DNA of 64,000 nt from the human T2T-CHM13v2.0 reference genome, Homo sapiens: NCBI RefSeq assembly GCF_009914755.1, contig NC_060927.1. One strand, written 5' to 3'. The notes under the pieces are model-generated. The model ran no database searches. It saw only the letters and a program-made list of their open reading frames with translations, and was not told where the DNA came from. Position 1 is the first letter of the stretch. Every line of letters begins with the position of its first letter. Positions 55,047 through 64,000 of this stretch are shown here, piece after piece. The translations under genes were made by a program, and so were the position numbers.

Positions 55047-57543
55047 CCTCATTTAAAATGTATCTTCACAGATCTCAGTGGGTCTCTAGATCTAAACAAC
55101 TATTTCACACTTCTTTTTTTTTTTTCAAACTTCCCATCTTCTCACTCTCAGCATGAATCTTGCTTCTTCTTTCACTGAGAAAAAATAAATAGGAAGAAAA
55201 CTGCCTCAATCTCCCACTAGCACATCCACCAGCCTACCTTCATTTGTGTCCAAGTGCTCTGCCTTTCCCCTTATAACAATGGATCCATTGTTCCTGCTCC
55301 ACTCTAAGGCCAACCATTCTACCTGTATACTGGCTTCCTCAAGCGTTATTCTCCTACAGTTTTTCACTCTCTTTTTTTCTGTAACATCAGAATTCTCTTC
55401 TCTATTGGCTCATTCTTATCAGCTTACAAGCATGCTTTAACTACCATCTTAAAAGCAGAACATTCCTTGACCCCATATTCCTTTCTACTGCCCTATTTCT
55501 TTGCTCTCCTTTATAGCAAATTTTGTTGAAAAATTTTATAGTCACTGTCTCCACTTCCTCATCTGTTGTTTTTTGAGTGCACCAAAAAATAGCATGTGTC
55601 TTGACCACTTGACTGATTTCATTCTTGCTCCATGCTGCCAAATTAAAAAATCTATTCCCAATCTTTTTCTTAATTGTCAATCACTCTTTCTTTCTTGAAA
55701 CCCTGTCTTTGCTTGACCACTGGGATACCAGGATTGACTTCTGTCTTGAAATATAGACTCTGCCTATCTGTCCAATTTGTATGTTTAACTAGCATTTCAA
55801 ACTTAACCAACTTAGTATTGTTGATTTCTACCTAAACCTATGCCTAAATCTGTTTGTTGCAATTATTAGTTGTAAATCATTGGGAAAAAATCCATACCTG
55901 TGTACCTTAGTATCTTATTTGTAAATTGGGTGTGATAATATTACCTAATGTATAATATTGTAGTGAGGATTAAATGAGATAATAACATGAAAAGCACTGC
56001 TCTTAAAGCCTGGCATATAGCACGTGCACAATAAATGATGGTTCTTCCTGTATCCCTGCCCACACTGGTGTCTCCTCTTGAGTGTTCTCCACTCAGTGAA
56101 TGGCATCATCCAGTCACCCAAGTCAGAGCTGATATCACCCTTAACCCCTTCCTATTACTAACGTCCCACATCAGTCAATAACTAAGCGCTCTCAAGCCTA
56201 CCTTTTAAAATATTTCTCAAGCCCCTCTGTTTTGTTCTGTTTTGTTTCTACCCCACTCCCCTTATCCTCACTGCAGTCCATCTCTTGCCTGGCTGCAGCT
56301 TCTTGTTGGTTTTCTAGTCCTGTCTCCATCCTGTAGCCAGTGATTAACTTAAAATTCATTATCTTCTCATATAATTTCCCTTCAACTTATCCTGAGTTAT
56401 CTCAGGAAGTGATTCAAATTCCCTCACATTTCTGTGCATTACGATTACTCAACAGGACACTTTTGAATTTGGCCTCAGCTCCTTTTCCCCTCTCACTGCT
56501 TCCCACCCTGTCTCCAAAGCCATGGTACAGAATTTAGGAACCATTTGCCATTTCCAGAATTTGCCATGAGTTCTTACATCAAGGCTTCTGTATGCATGGT
56601 TTCTTCTGTCTACGACAGTATATTACCTACCCACCTCACCCTTTTTACCAGACTAACTCATATCAGTTAGTGTCGGTCCACATATTTCCATTTCTAAGAG
56701 GCTGGGGTTGATTCTTCCTGTCCAGGGTTAGCCACTCCATCCTGCCAGCACTCATAGCTTCTTATACTTCCCTTGTGATTGCCCATTCAAATGATATGTT
56801 TTCCCACCAGCTCTGAGATCCTGGAGGGAAGAACCTCATGCTCAAAACTCCTGGAGAACACATGGTCTTTTTGGAATGCTGTCCAGTTTATTGATATCTT
56901 AGATGTACACCTAATTGAGTACAGCACACACGTACTTATGTGTGCCTTGACATACTTTTTTTTTTGATAATTAAAATGAAGCTCCAGGGTTATATGGTCT
57001 GTAAGATTCTTTCTAATTCTAAAATATTAGAACTGTCTGGTGTATTGGGCTCTATGGGGTCAGGATGCCACTCACCAGAATTGAAGAACTGAAGATACTG
57101 GAGGATTCTGAGCCCACCCTTACCCAGCCTAAAATAGCTGGGCAATTACTTTTTACTTTCCTATCTAGTTGTTTAGAAACCATGTAGACACTGTCTAAAA
57201 GCAAAGTTATTATTAAACCGTTTTCTTTGGGGAATGACTTAACTGTTTTAAATTCATTTTCGACCCAAGCTTCTTAGAATAATGGAGACAGCTAGATATA
57301 ACAATTAAATGGTGCTACTCCCCAAAGGCCACTTGTTCCAGTTTATAATCCTGTTCCTGCCACACTATAGCAAACAATCCTTCCTACTGTGACTCCCCTT
57401 GGTGTGTTAATGAATTCATCTACTTACAAACCAGTGCTATTGCAGGCCTCGTTGACTCTTTGGAGGAGGAAAGTTTCAGCAGTTAGTTGTCTGGCATCTA
57501 GGTGAACCTGATGGAGAGAGACAAACTTTTTTATTTCTCTTCA

Positions 57544-57686
57544 TAATAGATAAACTAATTTCTTTAATAGATAAATGATTGTCTATTAATAGATAAACTG
57601 TTAATTTCTTTAATAGATAACCTAATTTCTCCAAAAACCCAAACCCAGACCCAAGTTTTGGGTTTTTTGAGAAATTAGGTTATCTA
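57544..57686. repeat. Degenerate direct repeats of TAATAGATAA..TAATTTCT ending in a 73-nt inverted repeat
   Basis: Arms 57614-57644 and 57655-57686 with a 10-nt loop. Confidence 0.9.
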
Positions 57687-57699
57687 GTATGGAGTGCCT

Positions 57700-58610
57700 A
57701 TTTCACTCTGGGTCTCTGTGCTACCTAGTAGTGATGTGAAGACGAACAATACGCAGTCCCTGGCCTTAAGAAACTCAACAGCTAGAGAAGGGACAGCAAG
57801 AACAATAAAGTGTGAGATGTGATATGACAGAGGGAAGGAAGCCCAGGTGTGGGAATGCAGAAGACAGATACCTAACCCACATGAAGGCATTGGAGAAGGT
57901 TTCTGGAAGGTTCTGGATTTTTATGATGAGGCCTAAGTAATAAGTAGTAATTCGTCTGGCAAAGAAAAAAGTATAAAAGGTAAAAGAGCATAAGAAAGAG
58001 GGGAAAAACAAGAAAATGCATGTTTAAAACTCTAGGGGAATGAGAAAGAATGGCACCAGAGATCTGCAGTTCATATGCATTTCTCTAAGGAATGGCTGTA
58101 GGGTATGAGAAAGGAGCATTAGAGACATGGGCACCTCAGGGGCTTTCCCCATGAAGAGCCAGGCAATTGTCTGATGTCTAAGAGCCTTTGTATTTCTGAA
58201 ATTGTAGGACACTTTGGTGCTTGGCAATAAATGGGGCTAAGGTATCACCAAATAGAATGGATACTGAAGGGTAATGAAGATACTTAAGAATTCTGAGACC
58301 ATCTCTATCCGTTTAAAAATATCCATGTAGCTAATTGCACTTATTCCCCTTTCTGTTCAGTTGTTTGCAAAACATGTAGACACTATAAGAGCAGAAAGTT
58401 ATTACACTGCCATGTTGAAGAGATTTACCTGATTTCTGAAGGCAATAGGGAGCCGTTGAAGATTCCTAAGCAAGGAAGTAACCTGATTTATGTAGTCTTT
58501 TAGAAACATCAATCTGCAGGAGCAGGAGAGATGGAGAATGCATTTGAGGGCAGAGATGAGAGGTAAGGGGACAAATGAAGAAGCTATTATGCTGTCAGTA
58601 TCATCTGCAA
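57700..58610 (-). mobile_element. L2 fragments
   Basis: CAGTCCCTGGCCTTAAGAAACTCA; GGCAATAGGGAGCCGTTGAAG. Confidence 0.65.
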
Positions 58611-58827
58611 GGACTAGAAAAGTCATTCTGCCTTCATGTTGCCACAGGCAGCCATAAGTGGGACCTGTGCAGGCTGGCAGAGAGGGAGACATGCTATGGG
58701 AGCTGTGAGAGGAACCAGAGGAACCAGCCCTTTCTGCTTGGGTCCTCTGTCTGCCCAGCTACTCCCTTTAGCCCCCATTAACAAGGTCATCTCACCCTTC
58801 TTTTTGATATCCCACCTCTGGTCCTTT

Positions 58828-59590
58828 TATTATTATTATTTTACTTTAAGTTCTGGGATACATGTGCAGAACGTGCAGGTTTGTTACATAGATATACATG
58901 TGCCATGGTGGTTTGCCTTACTTATCATCCTGTCATCTAGGTTTTAAGCCCCACATGCACTAGGTATTTGTCCTAATGCTCTCCCTCCCCTTACTCCCCA
59001 CTCCCTGACAGGCCCCAGTGTATGATGTTCCCCTCCCTGTGTCCATGTGTTCTCATCGTCCAACTCCCACTTATGAGTGAGAACATGTGGTGTTTGGTTT
59101 TCTGTTCCTGTGTTAGTTTGCTGAGAATGATGGCTTCCAGCTTCATCCATGTCCCTGCAAAGGAGATGAACTCATTCTTTTTTATGGCTGCATAGTATTC
59201 CATGGTGTATATGTGCCACATTTTCTTTACCCAGTCTATCATTGATGGCCATTTGGGTTGGTTCCAAGTCTTCGCTATTGTAAATAGTGCTGCAATAAAC
59301 ATACGTGTGCGTGTGTCTTTACAGTAGAATGATTTATAATCCTTTGGGCATATATCCAGTAATGGGATTGCTGGGTCAAATGGTATTTCTAGTTCTAGAT
59401 CCTTGAGGAATCACCACACTGTCTTCCACAATGGTTGAACTAATTTACCCTCACACCAACAGTGTAAAAGCGTTCCTATTTTTCCACATCCTCTCCAGCA
59501 TCTGTTGTTTCCTGACTTTTTAATGATCGCCATTCTAACTGGTGTGAGATGGTATCTCATTGTGGTTTTGATTTGCATTTCTCTAATGAC
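58828..59590 (-). mobile_element. 5'-truncated L1PA8-type element
   Basis: CTAGGTTTTAAGCCCC 3'-UTR diagnostic; TSD CCCACCTCTGGTCCTTT at 58811-58827 and 59591-59607. Confidence 0.95.
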
Positions 59591-59629
59591 CCCACCTCTG
59601 GTCCTTTAAGCTAGTCCAACCAAACTTGT

Positions 59630-60495
59630 CCCAGATCCAAAGTCCTCACCCTCCCTTCCCTAACCTGACTTCCTCCTGCTTTGTTTCAGAGACCAGCACC
59701 ACCAACCACTCGGCCTCCCAGGCTAGAAGCCTGGCCTGGATTTTTCCTTCCACCATCTATATCCAACCCACCTCCTAGTTCTGCCACTTTTTGCTTTTGA
59801 TTATTTCTGGACTCCACTACCCTCAGTCAGCCCCAGGTACATCTGGCCTGGATTGCCACCCTGAATTCCTCGCCACTCTGCCTTCACATATTCTTTCCCT
59901 CAGCAGGGGCTTGTCACCAATGCCAGAGCAATACTTCTGGAATGCAGAGCCCCCTCCTGACTCTCCACGACCCCTGAAGAGAGGCCAAACCGTTTGGTGC
60001 TCCCTACAAAGCTCTAGCCCCTGCCCAGCTCTCAGGCTCAGCCTCTCTCAGGCCCTGCTCCATGAGTAGAGGCTCCTCAGCCCCAAGCTAATCATCTTTC
60101 TTCTCCAAGCACCGTCTTGCTGCTTATCACCTTCCTACTTTTGCTTATGGTTCATCCTCTTTCTGACCTGCCCTCCTGATATCCCATCTTCCTCTTTACC
60201 GAGTTAGTTTCTACTCCCTTTTCAAGGCAGACCAAGAGTCAAGCCCTCCAGAAGCCTTGCCTGGCCCCGCCTGGGCGCAGTGGCCTTCCTCCATGGTTCA
60301 GCAGCCTCTGGCTGCCTCTCCAAGCATATTCACCCTGTGCTATAGCTGTTGTGTCTTCACTGGCCTCTTTCTTCCTGAATTATATGTTCCGATGGGACAG
60401 CGATTCTGTTGGGTTTATTTCTGCATGGCACAGACAGCAAGGCTTGGCCAACTTAGTAGGCACTTGATATATATTTGTTGAAAAATGAATGAAGC
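59630..60495 (+). mobile_element. L2 LINE 3' region
   Basis: Ends AGTAGGCACTTGATATATATTTGTTGAAAAATGAATGAA. Confidence 0.7.
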
Positions 60496-60619
60496 CATAG
60501 GTAACATGTACTGAAGGCTTCTTTCGTGCCAGGCCCCATGCTTACTTGACTTAAATGATCTTATTGGATCCTTATGTCATCCCAACAGGAACGTATTATT
60601 AAATGGAGTTTTAGAAGTA

Positions 60620-60926
60620 CAGTCACCCTGTGGTATCTGAGGTGGATTGGTTCCAGGACTACAAGGCTCAAGTTCCTGATGTAAAATAACATAGTACTTG
60701 CACATAATCTATGTACATCCTCCCATGTACTTTAAATCATCTCTAGATTACTTATAATACCTAATATAATACATATATGTTACTACATTAGCATAGACTT
60801 AACATAGTACTAGGTGAATTTTTAAATTTTACTTTTCGGAATTTTGTGGGATTTTTTCCCAAATATTTTCCAGACGTGGTTAGTTGAATCCATGAAGGCA
60901 GGACCCATGGATACAAAGGGTCTGTA
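60620..60926. mobile_element. MER2 (TcMar-Tigger) inserted in a MIR
   Basis: TA|CAGTC...GGATTGGTTCCAGGAC, TTTAAATCATCTCTAGATTACTTATAATACCTAAT, CCCATGGATAC...CTG|TA. Confidence 0.88.
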
Positions 60927-61148
60927 TAAGCGTTAGAGCCAGAATTTAATCCCATCGTCTATACTCTGGAACTTGAGCTCTTTATCACAAATGAAATCAC
61001 CTACTATGACAATGAAGAAAGCTGGGGCCCCCGGGGCCATGATGATTGTAAAGGAATTGCCCTCTGGAAATGAAAGATGGATGAGTGGAAGGGTTCAGGG
61101 TCTTTCTCTACTTGGCTTTCAACAGCCAGATAGAGGCATTGCATTTTT

Positions 61149-61310
61149 TAATTTAAAATTTTATTTTTAGTTGATTCAATGATTTATGGCATAGAATGGT
61201 GAATATAATAAATAATAATGCATTGTATATTTCAAAATGGCTAAAAGAGTACATTTTAAATGTTTTCACTACCAAAAAAATGAGTACATCAGGCAATGGA
61301 TTTCTTAACC
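61149..61310. mobile_element. Short L1MA-type 3'-UTR insertion, probably 5'-inverted
   Basis: Sense AATGCATTGTATATTTCAAAATGGCTAAAAGAGTA; flanks CATTGCATTTTT and CATTGCACTTTT. Confidence 0.65.
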
Positions 61311-62046
61311 CATTGCACTTTTAACTTCCTCTCTCTTATTCCAAGGCTATAAGTCTGACTCCTATTCACATCAAATCCAGCCAAGTCTCAACTTGCTGCT
61401 GCTTCTGCCTCTGGACTTGGCTTTTAAATTGTCCTCTTTTTCCATGTTCCTTATTGCCTCTCATGAAGAACTTCTAACATAACTTGCCTCAGATTCTGGG
61501 TGAATACTGGACAGTTCTTATCCTGAAGGCTGACACAGCTTGAAGCTCAACCCTGCAATGAAGTTGGGGAGCATTTGCCGGAAGCCTGGCTCATAGCTCT
61601 CTAGCTGGAGCCAGCAGTTCAGTTTGACCTAGGGTGGGGGAGATGGTAGCTCGTCTCCATCTTTTATTCTGTTTATGGCTTAGCCTAGCTCAGGCTTGGG
61701 GCACAGCAAGGAGCTCGATAAATACTTGCTGAATTCAATTGAGAACCATCCTGCAACCAGGGACTTGTGATTCGCTGCCCAGCCTGCTGTTGGATATTCT
61801 AGTCATTTCCAAAAGGGGGCTTTTGTGTAAACTATCTGCTGGCTTTGCCTCCTAGAGTCCAGGTAGAGTAAATGCTTCATGAGATCCAGAAGATTAACCG
61901 ATAAGAACAAATTATTCTACTTTTTTGTTCCTCCTGAAGCCATTTTCACACATAGTACTCTGTTAAGAAGCAGGATTGAGTCATTTATTTCTACATCAGT
62001 GAATCAAATCTGTCTATATAAGGCTTCTGTATCCCGAGAAAAAAAC

Positions 62047-62050
<4 letters not shown>

Positions 62051-62092
<42 letters not shown>
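62051..62092. repeat. (GT)n microsatellite
   Basis: Direct observation. Confidence 0.97.
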
Positions 62093-62095
<3 letters not shown>

Positions 62096-62922
62096 ATGCA
62101 TGCGTGTATTTTCAGGCTAAAGGGATTAACTTCTCTGGGAGCTGAAAATTCTTCAGGAGTGTTGTGCATATTAGCCTAAGACTCTGCAATAACTGAAATG
62201 TGATCCTCTCTTCATTAGCTAATCAGTGGTCTTCCTATTACTTCCTATAGCAGACACTTGTAATTCAGTCTCCTTAATTTTAAATTTCATTTGAAAGGCA
62301 ATAGCCTTCCAATACAAGGCAATATTTCCTATGTATGCCCTCTTTAGCCTTCTTTGGAGTGACCTGCATTAGCCTTACCCCCTTTGTTTGGTAGAGAAAG
62401 AGACCAGCTGCCCACACTGCTGATTTGTGAACTTCAATTTGTTTCCAAGCTGCCAAATGGCATGGGTAGAGCACCGAACATGAGGCCAGGCCAGGGCTCC
62501 ACAGTTGGGAGGGCGGAGAGCTTAGTGCTTGGCAAAGTGCTCTACAGAACTCAGCCAGGCTAACAAAGCACAGAGTACTCTTCCAGGCCAGGACAGGCGA
62601 CACTGGGCACATGGAAGTGTCCAGTGGCCTGAAAAACACATCATAGTCTGAATACAGAAGCTCAGAGTGGATTCCAAACTGCCTACCACCAAGGGCATGG
62701 TTAGATACGACGAAAAAAGATACTCTTTCAAGCATGGCCAACATCTGACCATTTTAATTTGGAGATCTCTGTCCAGGCCACAGGAGCACAGCTTGTCCAT
62801 AATTCTCATATCTTTTTTTTTTTTAGTTATCAGTTTTTATAGAATGTAGCTATGCACCATGTTCTACGAGAGCTATTTGGACCTTGTTCCATTAGTCAGA
62901 GCTACCAAATGTTTCCCTTTTC

Positions 62923-63310
62923 TTTTTTTTTTTTTTTAGGTATGTGAATTTATTTATTTATTTTTATTTTTTTTACAATTTTTTAAGAGTTTTTATTTTT
63001 ATTTATTTATTTTATTATTATTATACTTTAAGTTTTAGGGTACATGTGCACAATGTGCAGGTTAGTTACATATGTATACATGTGCCATGCTGGTGTGCTG
63101 CACCCATTAACTCGTCATTTAGCATTAGGTATATCTCCTAATGCTATGCCTCCTTGCTCTTCCCACACCACAACAGTCCCCAGAGTGTGATGTTCCCCTT
63201 CCTGTGTCCATGTGTTCTCATTGTTCAATTCCCACCTATGAGTGAGAACATGTGGTGTTTGGTTTTTTGTCCTTGTGATAGTTCACTGAGAATGATGATT
63301 TCCAATTTGA
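62923..63310 (-). mobile_element. 5'-truncated young L1 (L1PA2-4-type) 3' UTR with a long patterned tail
   Basis: TTTTAGGGTACATGTGCACAA and CAGGTTAGTTACATATG; TSD AAATGTTTCCCTTTTC at 62907-62922 and 63311-63326. Confidence 0.93.
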
Positions 63311-64000
63311 AAATGTTTCCCTTTTCAAAAGGCCATTTTCATTTTCCTCAATGGCAGTTCAAATTTATTTTTATTAGAAGTGAAAAATTTTGTGCCTCTC
63401 TCAAGCCCATTTCTCATCCTTAGAAGCACATTTTCCTCTTTAATCTTTGGATGAGGCTCAGATTTGGAGTTTCCTCACCATCTAGGGCAATGTGTGCTTG
63501 TTTAGAAGAAGAGGTGATCTGGAGGCAGAGGCCATGGCATGAATTGAATGAAGTCACCTCATGATTTTTCTCAACACTTACTCTGTTCCACTTCAGTCTC
63601 ATCACCTCAACACTAAGAGGAGAGGCTTCCATCTTCCCCCCAATCAGCCTGGTCTTGCCTTTGCAAATATTCCAGGTGGAAGTAAACCTAGGGTTTAATT
63701 AGGACTGCAATGACAAGATTTATGAGACCATTTCATTTCCCTAAAACCCCACTGTAGCTTCATGAGATGCATGCAAAGAGGCAGTGTTTGCAGGGATAAT
63801 CTGAGACTGGAATCTCAACGGCACATTGTTTATCTTGGATTGAAAACTCAACCGGCAGGCAGTGATCTAGGATATGTAGAGGAAAAGTCACATTTGCTAT
63901 ACCTGTGTTTCTTCTGTAATGTAGCAACACATACCCAAAGGGCATGTAACTGCTCTCCTTGGTATTTTGAGAAGCTGTGTGTTGGGCTCTAGTTAATAAT

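Larger units (their letters stand above)
52900..56900 (+). mobile_element. Multiple L2 fragments interrupted by MST, Alu and MIR (about 55890-56045)
   Basis: C/T-rich L2 motifs (CCTCTCTGCAGCATTTG, CTTTCACTGAGAAAA, CACTGTCTCCACTTCCTCA). Confidence 0.65.

Noticed and set aside
62280-62849. 154-aa and neighbouring ORFs in unique sequence
   Set aside because: No recognisable homology or convincing exon structure; consistent with chance.

Overview
Primate (human-like) AT-rich, repeat-dense non-coding DNA, either intergenic or deep intronic. I see no host protein-coding exon, intact RNA gene, CRISPR array or prokaryotic feature. The ORFs in the track are disabled LINE-1 ORF1/ORF2 fragments, Alu-derived frames or chance frames. 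The window holds nested L1 (L1ME to L1PA3), Alu (FRAM/FLAM, J, S, Y), L2, MIR, L3, MaLR/ERVL/ERVK LTRs (MLT1, MST, LTR16/33, MER11) and DNA transposons (MER53, MADE1, Tigger3, MER2). I cannot support a new biological system here. The best second-look items are mechanistic fossils. (1) A 7.8-kb composite L1 bounded by one 17-bp TSD pair, combining a twin-primed 5' inversion, a full-length second L1 that shares the only 3' end, and a 3' transduction. (2) A tailless retrocopy of an unspliced pre-tRNA-Arg(UCU). (3) A local copy of an MLT1 LTR inserted 2.8 kb from its apparent donor. (4) A ~112-bp monomer array in an old L1 5' UTR. (5) A tail-less, TSD-less AluY. (6) Several fold-back or templated insertions, including a 73-nt hairpin. 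Subfamily names come from recalled consensus sequences, and the boundaries of old repeats are approximate.
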